From Candidatus Methylacidiphilales bacterium (GTDB lineage Bacteria; Verrucomicrobiota; Verrucomicrobiia; Methylacidiphilales; JAAUTS01): a stretch of DNA of 64,000 bases. Within the stretch, counting starts at the first letter, position 1. Every line of letters begins with the position of its first letter. The position numbers were made by a program, and so were the translations under genes. Shown here one piece after another: positions 27,151-36,400 of the stretch. Below the pieces are notes generated by a model. It was not told the origin of the DNA. It saw nothing but the letters and a program-made list of their open reading frames with translations, and ran no database searches. The stretch lies in contig JBBSCO010000001.1 of NCBI GenBank assembly GCA_038250235.1, forward strand, positions 64,500 to 128,499, written 5' to 3'.

Positions 27151-28014
27151 TTATTCTTTCAATTTCGGCTTTTCTTCCTCATCGCCTTCTTCTTCTTCTT
27201 CAAAAAAGTTATCGGTCGAGTCCATGAACTGCGCCGCCGTTTCCCAGCGGTTTTTGCCTTTGGCTTCTTTTTCAGCCTGTTCCTGGCATTCGCGGGTATA
27301 GCGGGCAAAAGGAATGGCCTCGAGCCGGGTGATGGGGATGGGGATGGCGGACATTTCACAAATGCCGTAACCACCCAATTCGATACGTTTGAGGGCTTCC
27401 TCAATTTCGTAAAGGGCGTCCTGTTCCTGTGAGAGCAGGCTCAGGGCAAAATCTTTTTCGTAGGCATCGGATCCGGCATCAGCCTGGTGCATGCCAAATG
27501 CGGAGGAGGAGGCACCTTCGTCGCGGGCGCGAAGGTTGTCCTGAGCGACACCCTGCATCTGGTCCAGAAGGTGGTCGCGAAGTTCAAGAATCTTCTGTTT
27601 TTGTTGATCAAGGAACTTCTTGTTCAAGGTCTGCTTTTTGGCTCCGGGCAAAATTGTGGCCGGTTCAGGGATGAATGAGGGCTTGGGTCCTTTGATAGGA
27701 AAGGGAGGGCTGGGAAATTTGCGGGAACTGACATGCGTTGTCACGGCCGGGGGCCTGATGAGCTGCTTAGTGGCTTTTTTCGCTTTAGGGATTTTGGGAA
27801 CTTTGGCTGCCTTGGGGGCTTTTACCACTTTGGCAGCTTTAATGGCTTTAACCGCTTTGGTAGATGGTTTACTCTTTTTGACCACTTTGACAGGCATGGA
27901 GGGCTTTGCGGCCACGGGCTTGGCCTTGGCCTTGGCCTTGGCCTTGACCTTGGGTTTGGAAACTTTGACCAGCTTAGCTGCCTTTTTGTTCTTATTTTTG
28001 ACTTTTTTGGCCAT
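27151..28014 (-). CDS. DksA/TraR-family protein with an N-terminal K/A/P-rich (histone H1-like) half, a degenerate zinc finger and an acidic tail
   Basis: [21 protein letters not shown] (coiled-coil tip region) is followed by [38 protein letters not shown], which is CxxS-x17-TxxC. The first ~110 aa are [10 protein letters not shown]/KAxKAAKV repeats. The C-terminus is [12 protein letters not shown]. Confidence 0.75.
   Translation of the reverse strand: MAKKVKNKNKKAAKLVKVSKPKVKAKAKAKAKPVAAKPSMPVKVVKKSKPSTKAVKAIKAAKVVKAPKAAKVPKIPKAKKATKQLIRPPAVTTHVSSRKFPSPPFPIKGPKPSFIPEPATILPGAKKQTLNKKFLDQQKQKILELRDHLLDQMQGVAQDNLRARDEGASSSAFGMHQADAGSDAYEKDFALSLLSQEQDALYEIEEALKRIELGGYGICEMSAIPIPITRLEAIPFARYTRECQEQAEKEAKGKNRWETAAQFMDSTDNFFEEEEEGDEEEKPKLKE
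27919..27954 (-). repeat. Hexanucleotide tandem repeat (cttggc x4 plus 2 degenerate copies) encoding (AK)n in the DksA-like gene
   Basis: Read directly: cttggc cttggc cttggc cttggc cttgac cttggg. Confidence 0.9.
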
Positions 28015-28057
28015 AGCGAGCCTAGAGTTCTAGCGCAGGGGTCTGGCCTTGCCAACA

Positions 28058-28077
28058 AGAAAAATGAGGAAATTTTT
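28058..28077 (-). promoter_or_regulatory. Inverted repeat GAAAAAT-N6-ATTTTTC, 44-63 nt upstream of the DksA-like start (operator or 5'-UTR hairpin candidate)
   Basis: Perfect 7-nt arms are read directly from the sequence. No protein partner is known. Confidence 0.3.
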
Positions 28078-28260
28078 CGGGAGCTTCAATTATTTTAGCA
28101 GGGAGAACGCCAAGTTCCTCAATGGCTAAAAAAGGTTTTTCCAAAAAAGATGGAATTCCCAGCGTTTCCCTTGGCCGATTCTGCTCCCGTTACGTCGGGA
28201 CGGGAGAACCGGCTTGTCATTATCCTACATGCGTTGCGATCTCTTTGTTCAATTCCCTTG

Positions 28261-30174
28261 TTAAAGGGTCAGGTAGGTCGATTTGGTCATACCCTTTTCG
28301 TAATCTTCCAGAAGGCGCATGCCTTCATTGGGCTTTAGCAGGTCGGCTTTGATGGCGGCGTCAATCTGGGCTTTAAGCAGGCGGGCCAACTGGTTGGGCT
28401 CATACTGGACGTCACTCAAAACCTGACCGATCGTGTAACCCGGGATGACTTCTTCGATATAAAAGCCAGAGGTTTCATCCTCGTCCTGAAAGACATGGGC
28501 TTCGGTCACGGGTCCGAAGAGGTTGTGCAGGTCTCCCATAACATCCTGATAGGCCCCCATGAGGAAGAAGCCGAGCAGGTAGGGCACGCCGGGCTTGTAA
28601 TCGTGCATGGGCAGGGTACTGCGGACGGTGTCATCATTGATGAAGGTGTCAATCTTTCCGTCGGAGTCGCAGGTGATATCCACCAGTGTGGCTTCATGCA
28701 GGGGTTTCTCGTTGAGGCGATGGATCGGTGCTATGGGAAAAAGTTGTCCGACCGCCCAGTGATCGATGAGAGACTGGAAAACTGAAAAGTTGCAAAGGTA
28801 TTGTTCGCTCAGTTGGTTGGAAAGTTCCTGCACCTCGTGCGGAATGCTTTTGGCACCTTCGAACATTTTCATGATGTTGTTGGAGAGCTGCCAGAAGCCG
28901 GTTTCGATTTTGGCCTTGGCTTCCAGATCGATGAGGCCGAGTTCGAAACGGGAGTTGGCTTCATCCTTGATCTGGTGGGCCTGGTGGAGGCATTCGCGCC
29001 GGTTGCGCTTGTTCAACTTTTTCATGATCTCCGCCAGTTCCTTGACCAGCTTGTGGTCGTTTTCCTGGACGGCAGTGAATTCGTGCTTGGTTTTTTCGAT
29101 GCTGCCGAAGACTTCGACGACCAACACGGAATGGTGGGCCACAACAGCACGGCCGCTTTCACTGACGATATTGGGATGGGGGACGTTTTCCTCCCCACAG
29201 ATGTCTGCAATGTTGTAGACAACGTCGCGGGTATATTCGGCCAGATTGTAGTTGGTGGAACTTTCCGAACTGGTCCGCGTACCGTTGTAATCGACTCCGA
29301 GTCCCCCACCCACGTCGATGTAGCCGATCTCAAAACCCAATTTGCGGAGTTTGGCATAATAGCGGGTGGCCTCACGAACGGCTTTTTTGACCGTGATGAT
29401 GTCGGGAATCTGGGATCCGACATGGAAGTGGATCAATTGGAAGCAGTGGGTAAGATTGCGGGATTTCAGGAGTTCGGCGGCTTCGAGCAGGTCGGCCGTG
29501 GAAAGACCGAATTTGGCTTCCTCTCCGCCGGAGAGTGCCCACTTGCCGGAGCTCTTGGTCTGAAGGCGGACACGGATGCCGATACCGGGTTCGACGCCCA
29601 TCTGTTCGGCGATGTCGAGGATGCGCTGTAGTTCCTCTATTTTTTCCACCACCATGATGACTTTTTTGTTCAATTTTCGTCCGGTGAGCGCAATACGGAT
29701 GAACTCGGCATCTTTGTAGCCGTTGCAGATAAGAAGGCTTTCCTGGTCTTCATGGATAGCGAGGGCGGCGAAGAGTTCGGGCTTGGAGCCGACTTCCAGG
29801 CCATAATGGTAGGGGCGTCCGGCTTCTTTGATTTCTTCCACCACCTCGCGGAGCTGGTTGACTTTGATGGGGAATACGCCGCGGTATTGGCCCTGGTAGT
29901 TGAGTTCGCGGATGGCGTTGCCAAAGCAGTCGTTGATGCGGCGGACCTGGTTACGCAGCAGATCCTGAAATCGTACGAGGAGGGGGAAGGGGAGTCCGCG
30001 GTTGCGGGCTTCCTGCACCACTTCATAGAGATCGATGTCGGAGCCCTGGCCTGGTTGTGGGCTGACGGAGATGTTGCCTTTGTCGTTGACGCTGAAGTAA
30101 TCACCGCCCCAGTGGTCAATGCTGTAGAGTTCCTTGGCTTGTTCGATGGACCAGGATTCAGAAGTTTTATGCAT
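28261..30174 (-). CDS. speA: Biosynthetic arginine decarboxylase
   Basis: The 637-aa protein has the SpeA N-terminus (WSIEQAKELYSIDHWGGDYFSVNDKGNI), the PLP Lys region FPIKVNQ, and CDSDG near the C-terminus. Confidence 0.95.
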   Translation of the reverse strand: MHKTSESWSIEQAKELYSIDHWGGDYFSVNDKGNISVSPQPGQGSDIDLYEVVQEARNRGLPFPLLVRFQDLLRNQVRRINDCFGNAIRELNYQGQYRGVFPIKVNQLREVVEEIKEAGRPYHYGLEVGSKPELFAALAIHEDQESLLICNGYKDAEFIRIALTGRKLNKKVIMVVEKIEELQRILDIAEQMGVEPGIGIRVRLQTKSSGKWALSGGEEAKFGLSTADLLEAAELLKSRNLTHCFQLIHFHVGSQIPDIITVKKAVREATRYYAKLRKLGFEIGYIDVGGGLGVDYNGTRTSSESSTNYNLAEYTRDVVYNIADICGEENVPHPNIVSESGRAVVAHHSVLVVEVFGSIEKTKHEFTAVQENDHKLVKELAEIMKKLNKRNRRECLHQAHQIKDEANSRFELGLIDLEAKAKIETGFWQLSNNIMKMFEGAKSIPHEVQELSNQLSEQYLCNFSVFQSLIDHWAVGQLFPIAPIHRLNEKPLHEATLVDITCDSDGKIDTFINDDTVRSTLPMHDYKPGVPYLLGFFLMGAYQDVMGDLHNLFGPVTEAHVFQDEDETSGFYIEEVIPGYTIGQVLSDVQYEPNQLARLLKAQIDAAIKADLLKPNEGMRLLEDYEKGMTKSTYLTL

Positions 30175-30185
30175 GTCTAGATGTT

Positions 30186-30213
30186 CTTATAAGCAAGTTG
30201 TTCAGTTATGCAA
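30186..30213 (-). promoter_or_regulatory. Sigma-70-like promoter candidate for speA (TTGCAT-16 nt-TATAAG)
   Basis: On the minus strand the -35 TTGCAT lies at 30213-30208 and the -10 TATAAG at 30191-30186. Only 11 nt separate the -10 from the ATG at 30174. Confidence 0.3.
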
Positions 30214-30332
30214 TGAGACGAATGAAAATAATTCAAGAAATTCTCCCGGGCCTTTGCCGCAAGGAAGCGGTATTTTCAGCCATGGGCTTTCTCGCGCCTT
30301 GTTATTTGCAGGGGGACGACTAAATTCAGGGA

Positions 30333-30845
30333 ATGTCAGAAGCGTTAACCGAGGTCCGCATCATGGGGCTGATTCCCTCCAACAACGGTGTGGCGGTCTT
30401 CCTGGGCAACGAGGAAAAAACATTCAGCATTCATGTTGATCACGGAGTGGGCACCAACATTGCGCTCCTGCTCCGGGGTGAAAAACGTCAGAGGCCGCTG
30501 ACGCATGATCTGATCAACCTGATTTTCCAGGCCTTTACCATTTCAGTGGTCAAGATCGTCATCAACGATCTGAAGGACGACACCTATTTTGCACGGTTGG
30601 TTTTGAGGGCCGAGAATGAAGTGCACCGCAAACTGGCGGAAATCGATGCGCGTCCCAGTGATTGTCTGGCGATTGCACTGGAAACCCAGACGCCGATTTA
30701 TGTATCGGCCAAAGTCTGGGATCAGGTTTCGGATATCACGGATGTTTTTGAGGAAATGAAAAAGAAATTCGACGAGCACGGGTTGGACGACACAGATGAG
30801 GGCGGAGATGATGAGGATGAAGGTGAAGTGAAAGAACGGGATTAG
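30333..30845 (+). CDS. Bifunctional nuclease (BFN/DUF151) family protein with an acidic tail
   Basis: VAVFLGNEEKTFSIHVDHGVG..IALLL.GEK..RPLTHDL...DARPSDCLAIAL....PIYV is the typical DUF151 pattern. Confidence 0.8.
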   Translation: MSEALTEVRIMGLIPSNNGVAVFLGNEEKTFSIHVDHGVGTNIALLLRGEKRQRPLTHDLINLIFQAFTISVVKIVINDLKDDTYFARLVLRAENEVHRKLAEIDARPSDCLAIALETQTPIYVSAKVWDQVSDITDVFEEMKKKFDEHGLDDTDEGGDDEDEGEVKERD

Positions 30846-30853
30846 CTCAGCGT

Positions 30854-31924
30854 TCAGTTTTTCTGGTAGAGGTTGGAGTAGACAAGAAGTTCGAGTAGCC
30901 TGGGCTGGTGTTGCAGGATTTTGACAGTAGCTTGTGCGGTTTTTGGGTGCAGGGCCAGCCAACGGGTCAGTTGGTTGTGAAATGCCATCTTCCGGTACAG
31001 CTCGCGGTGTTTCTCCATATAAATGGGGGCCAGCGAATAGAGGGAACGCCCTTCAAAGGCCTTGGCTGTACAGCGCCCAGCCAACTGGCCTGAGCGCATG
31101 GCCATGTAAGTGCCTTCGCCGGTGAAGGGTTCGATGATTCTGGCGGCATCACCTATCAGGAGTGTCTGTTCCCTGGCGACCTCCCCAGGCATACGGGAAA
31201 GTGGGGTTACACTTTTCCAGGCCAATGAAGTCGCGATACCGAGGTAGCGGGAGGCGATTTCCTGGGGCGTGGCTTTGCAGGGTTGGTTGAGCACGATGCA
31301 GACATTGGCTTCCTGTTCGTTGTGGCGAACTGTTCCGAGGTAGCCTTGGTCGAAAAATTTCATATGCACTCCCTTTTCGATGGTGGCGGCGGGAGCCCGG
31401 CTTTGCCAGGCAACGCGGCGGCAGAGGGCCTTGCCCACGGGAAGGCCTGCACTGCGGGCCACCCAGGAGTTGCGGCCATCCGCACCGATTAGAACCCTGG
31501 CCTTGAATTCTCCCTGATCCGTCACGATGCAGGCAGGACCGTTTATTTCGAGAATCCGTGAGTTTTCATGGACAACAACCCCGGATTTTTCCGCCTCTCT
31601 CAGCAGCCAATCATCCATCAGCGTGCGGGACACTGCCCGGTGAGGGCGGTCGTTTCCTGAGAGAGGAACGCGAAGGGGGGGATTCGTTCCGGCCGAGATA
31701 AAAAAATCAGTGATGGCATAATGGGGAAGGGATTCAAAAGGGCGGAGAAGATCCTCCTCTTCCCAAAGATTATAGGAGCGTGGTGTCAGGCAATCCCCGC
31801 AAATTTTCGGGCGGGGAAACTGGGCCTTGTCGACAAGAAGAACTGAAAAGCCTTTCCGGGCCAGGTGGCGGGAGCAGACAGAACCTGCCGGGCCGGCCCC
31901 GATCACGATGACATCAAAAGACAT
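30854..31924 (-). CDS. FAD-dependent oxidoreductase, geranylgeranyl-reductase-like family
   Basis: FDVIVIGAGPAGSVCSRHLARKGFSVLLVDK and GDAARIIEPFTGEG are present. The start is at ATG 31924; the ORF track runs to 31966. Confidence 0.8.
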   Translation of the reverse strand: MSFDVIVIGAGPAGSVCSRHLARKGFSVLLVDKAQFPRPKICGDCLTPRSYNLWEEEDLLRPFESLPHYAITDFFISAGTNPPLRVPLSGNDRPHRAVSRTLMDDWLLREAEKSGVVVHENSRILEINGPACIVTDQGEFKARVLIGADGRNSWVARSAGLPVGKALCRRVAWQSRAPAATIEKGVHMKFFDQGYLGTVRHNEQEANVCIVLNQPCKATPQEIASRYLGIATSLAWKSVTPLSRMPGEVAREQTLLIGDAARIIEPFTGEGTYMAMRSGQLAGRCTAKAFEGRSLYSLAPIYMEKHRELYRKMAFHNQLTRWLALHPKTAQATVKILQHQPRLLELLVYSNLYQKN

Positions 31925-31986
31925 GTGCCCGAACGTAGCTTGAAACGTGCCGAATACCAGACTCAAGCGAAGAGGAGAGGCTTAAC

Positions 31987-32018
31987 GCAAAGTCGCAACG
32001 CGGCAAAGATGCAGAGAC
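31987..32018 (-). repeat. 8-nt-periodic GCAA array (copy B) in the DUF1501-to-flavoprotein intergenic region
   Basis: The + strand reads GCAAAGTC GCAACGCG GCAAAGAT GCAGAGAC. See copy A at 6919-6950. Confidence 0.5.
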
Positions 32019-32167
32019 GCCAGCTTTCTAAAACAGTTAAACAGACAGTTTTCTGGGTAGCCGAAAAATACAAAAAAATTAGAACGAGCAGCTGTGATGG
32101 CATGGCTCCACGCCTTTTGCTGAGTGGGCTTGGAGCCCGCCCTCCTACAATTGAATTTCTACAAGAA

Positions 32168-33451
32168 CTAAGCCACGAAGCCAACGGGTTTAAAGTCGTG
32201 GGAGGGCAGGATGGTCTTGAGATTGGTATTCCCCAGGTGGGAGGAAACCACCTCGCCCAGAACATCCCGGAAATCCGTGGTGTGGAGGAGGTCTCGTTTT
32301 TCATGCAGGTTTTCCTTGGCCAGTCCCGGCCAGAGGCCCGAGATGGGGCGGGCTGCGCCTTGGCTGGCTTTCATCACCGGGCCACCGATGGCCAGCATGC
32401 AGTTGGCCCAGCCGTGGTCGGTGCCACCGGTTCCGTTTTCTGCGGCCGTGCGTCCGAAATCGCTCAGGGTCAGAACCAGCACATCGTCCATGCGGCCTTC
32501 CATGTCCCTGGTGAAAGCGGCCAGTCCTTCGGAGAGGGTTTGCATCATGTTGCCGAAGGAGCCTTTTACACCGCCCTGGTTCTGGTGGGTGTCCCAGCCG
32601 CCGTAACCGATTTCGAGCACTTCGACACCGAGATTGGCTTTGATCAGGCGGGCGGCTTCCTTCAATTTATTGGCAAAGCCATTTTTGGGATAATCGACGG
32701 CGGGTTTGTAGGGGGTCCGGGCCAGGTCCCGCAACTGGGCGGCTCCATCCAAAGTGGTCTGGCCTGTCTGGGCTAGCATGTCCATGGCGGCATTCCGGTG
32801 TAAGGCAGGATCGGTGCTATAGGCATGTTCCAGTGCTGCGGTCAGTTGAAGTTCTTCCATGGGGGTTTTGGAGGGCAGGGTCAGGTCTTCCAGCCCCCGC
32901 ATGGCGACGGCGGGAGCCTTGCCCCGGAGAATGCGGGGAAGGCTATCACCAATGGAGACGGCCCGAACAGGGCCACGGCCTTCCGAAGTGAGGAGATGGC
33001 GGTTGAGCCAGCCGTCGGAGTTGACGGTGTTGCCGATGACGCCTGTTTCCCACACATCCTGTTCTTCAAAGTGGGAGCGGGTGTTCTGGGCATAACCTAC
33101 CGCCTGTAGGGAGGTGGCCAGGCCGTTTTTCAGAAAGGGCAGCAGGGCGGCGGCCCGTGGATGCAGTCCGAATTGATCCGTCAGTTCGAGCACGCCATCA
33201 GGAGATCCGGGCTTGGCCAGAGCCAGTCCTTTGCGCAGGGAGTAGTAGGCGGGATCGCCAAAGGGAACGATGAAGTTGAGTCCATCCATGCCGCCCCGGA
33301 GAAAAATTACGACCAGTGTTTTGTTCCTGGCCACGGGATTGAGCTGGTTGGAGGAGATGCCCGCCTGGCCTAGCAGATCCAGTGGGGAAATACCGCAGTA
33401 AAGTGCAAGGGCACCGGAGGATTTCAAGAAGTAACGACGAGTGATGTTCAT
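32168..33451 (-). CDS. DUF1501 family protein (sulfatase/alkaline-phosphatase-like), Tat-exported
   Basis: A twin-arginine signal (MNITRRYFLKSSGALAL) is followed by GGMDGLN, WDTH and GTDHG motifs typical of DUF1501. Confidence 0.85.
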   Translation of the reverse strand: MNITRRYFLKSSGALALYCGISPLDLLGQAGISSNQLNPVARNKTLVVIFLRGGMDGLNFIVPFGDPAYYSLRKGLALAKPGSPDGVLELTDQFGLHPRAAALLPFLKNGLATSLQAVGYAQNTRSHFEEQDVWETGVIGNTVNSDGWLNRHLLTSEGRGPVRAVSIGDSLPRILRGKAPAVAMRGLEDLTLPSKTPMEELQLTAALEHAYSTDPALHRNAAMDMLAQTGQTTLDGAAQLRDLARTPYKPAVDYPKNGFANKLKEAARLIKANLGVEVLEIGYGGWDTHQNQGGVKGSFGNMMQTLSEGLAAFTRDMEGRMDDVLVLTLSDFGRTAAENGTGGTDHGWANCMLAIGGPVMKASQGAARPISGLWPGLAKENLHEKRDLLHTTDFRDVLGEVVSSHLGNTNLKTILPSHDFKPVGFVA

Positions 33452-33463
33452 AGTTTTTTTTTG

Positions 33464-36400
33464 TTATCGCAAATTGGATTCGGGTACACGTGCCACCATC
33501 ATACCCAATTGTGTGCTCATGTCATCTCGCGCATCGTTTTTTGATTCAAGCCAGGTCAGCAGGGCCTGGTTCGATTGTGAGCCCAAAAGGAGCCCGTTCA
33601 GGCGCAGCGACATCCAATCAATGGCCCATTGGCGTTGATCCGGACTCCAGGTTGCCGGAGCTTGGCGTTCCCAAGGTTGGCGCAGTGGAGCAAAACGGAA
33701 TTCGGAAGTCCAACGCCAGCGTTGGAGCAGGGCATTGGAATCAGCATAGGAAGCGTCAGACTGGGGATAACCATCGGGTGTGGCGCGGTCAAAGAGGCCC
33801 ATGCCACTGAGTTTGAGAAAAGCACCTGTTTCCCGGATTCCCCCCCGGTCAATCATACGGCTCATGCGCACGGCATAGTCCAAAGGCGTGGTCATTCGGG
33901 GTGTTTTTATGCTTTCCCAAAACTCAGGACGCCGTGTCATTGCTACCAGCACTGCGGTTAGATCCCCGCCGCTGGAAAGGTACACCTCGGAAAGTGAGGC
34001 GACCAGTTCTTCCGGTGCCGGCAGTACAACGTAATGCTCAATCAGTTTGCGGCAGATAAAGCGGGAGGTGGAGGGGTGCATGGACAACATTTCCAGAGCC
34101 ATGCATGCGCGGTCGTAACGTTCCTCGGGAGGCACCTCCGGGAAAAGCATTCCCATCACCCGGTGCGGGCCTTTGGCGTTCAAGCCCGGTTCATAGCGGA
34201 AGGTGGAGACCAGGTCATGGCTGCGTCCCCCAGTTGAAACTTCCTCACTTAGCGTCCAGCCGGTGAGAAGTCTGGCCAGCGAGGTCACGTCTTCCTGGTT
34301 GTAGCCGCCTTTCACTCCGACAGTGTGCAACTCCAGAATTTCACGGGCATAGTTTTCATTCAACTTTTTGGCGAAGCTGCGATGCTGGTCGAGGTAGACC
34401 AGCATGGCGGGGCTGCTGGCCGAGGTGGCGAGAAGATCCTTGAAACGTCCGATGCCCTGGCGGTTGAACGATTCGTGTTCTTCCCACTTGTTAAGAGCGC
34501 CGACTTTTTGCTGCCAGGTGGAAAAATGGTTTTCGGCCCACATGACGAAACGTGCGCGAACCGGGTTGGAAGTTTGTTGGAGTTCCGCCAGCACTCTGGC
34601 AGAAATGTCATTGGGCCTTTCCTCCCCTGGGAAACGTATGGCCAGGGCATCCTGCATGGCAGACTGGGAGGGTTGGTCGATATCCTCACGAAGGCGGGCT
34701 TCCAGCCAGGTCTCGGCACCTTTCACCAGGATCTCGGCCATCAATTCGGGCTCGGGACCGTAGCCAAAGCGGTTCAGGAGGTGAAGGGCTTTGTCATATT
34801 CCGTCAGCACATCCTGCCCGACAAAGCGGACAGGAATGGAAACTTCCATGACCGGGGGGGTATCTTTCCCATTCAACACACGCACCCACAGGCGTTCCGG
34901 TCCGACTGGTGGGGTTCTCAACAGCCAGGGCACGAGCCAGGAGCCCAACCCGTCCTGCGGAGCTTCGGCCGAACCCAGAACCTGGTCTCCGAGGAGAACC
35001 TCGGCGCGGTCTCCTTTGCGGATACCCAGGCCATCCAATACAACCAGGCCGCAGGAGCCGACTTCTGTGTTAAGGCCGGGGTAGGAGACCAGGAGGTTGG
35101 GGGAAACGTCCTCGTTGGAGCGTGGAACCACCTCGGTTAAAAGCAGGCGTCGAAGCCAGGCATTCCTGTCGCCTTTGTCTTTCGCATAATCGTTGACAAA
35201 GCGAACCACAAGCTGCTTTTCACCCCCGGCAAACTCAACGTTGCCGGCTGATTTTTTGACGCGGCCTCCGTCCATCTGTACCGATCCGACCTTTGTTTCA
35301 ATCCCCTCCGCACGCAGAACAACCTCTAGCACAGGGGGGCCTTCAAACGACTGTCCCCGCCCTTCCAATTCCACTTTGAAACGCCCTTTCAGATCGTTAG
35401 GTAAGCGTAGATAGGATTCGCCGTTGGAGTAAAACCCCGCATCGCGCCTCGCCTCGCCGTTTTTCCCTTCCCAGCGTTGATGCATTCCGAGATCCCAGGA
35501 AGGATCCAGAATACCATAAGTCAGGGACCTGCCGCTGCTTGCCGGTTTCCAATGAGCTGGAGCATTAAGGAAAAGGTGCTGAACGGAGCTGTTGAAAGTG
35601 GCCGGGCCGTTTTTTGTAACCAATTGGATGTGGTTCTTGCCTGGACGGAAACTTTCCAGTCCCACTTCAAAGCGGAGATCCGTCCCATACTGGGTGCCGG
35701 CATTACGTCCGTTCACCAGAAGATCGACAGCGGGTGCGTTGGCTGGATTATACTGGGCCCAGCGGCAGAGGGCCTCAATGGTCACTGGGCCGTTGATTTG
35801 TCTTCCGTCTAAGGGCTCTTTGAAAGCGAGACGCACCGGCTCGGATTGTGTGGGTGCCTCGGAAGAGTCCATAGCGGCCATCATCATGGGTTTGGGTTCA
35901 GTCGCCCCCATGCCCATCATCATGCTGTCCTGGCCTGAGGCACTGTTTCGGGCGGAGGTTCGGACTTTGGCTAGTTCAAAACGATCCAGCCACATGTTGC
36001 GGTCACCTGTTTTTTCCACATAGAAATCGTTGCGAAATTGGACTGTTAGAACATGGGGGCCTTGTTCGAGACGGACAGGTACACCCACGGGCAAACGGTG
36101 TCTTTCCCGCATGGCCAGACGGGCATTGCCGGAAGTTTTTTCTTGTTCGCCCACATAAAAACCGACAGACGGAAAAGCACCGCCGGCCGGATCACCGCGA
36201 ACCGTCATGAACAGTTGGTAATCACCGCCTTCACGAATTTCCGTTTTCAGCGTCCAAGGTTGGTTTCCTGCCAGGGCCTGTACGCTTTTTCCTCCGGAGG
36301 CTCCCGGCTCATCAACGGCCTTGGGCAGGTAGTTCTTGAATCGTTCCTGTTCGGAAACCTCCAGATGATTTTCACACTCCCCGGCAATCTGGTGATCGGG

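Noticed and set aside
28058-28077. I considered calling the inverted repeat a Zur/Fur box.
   Set aside because: Only the half-site flavour matches. Known Fur-family boxes are 7-1-7 and this one is 7-6-7. It is kept as an unassigned palindrome.
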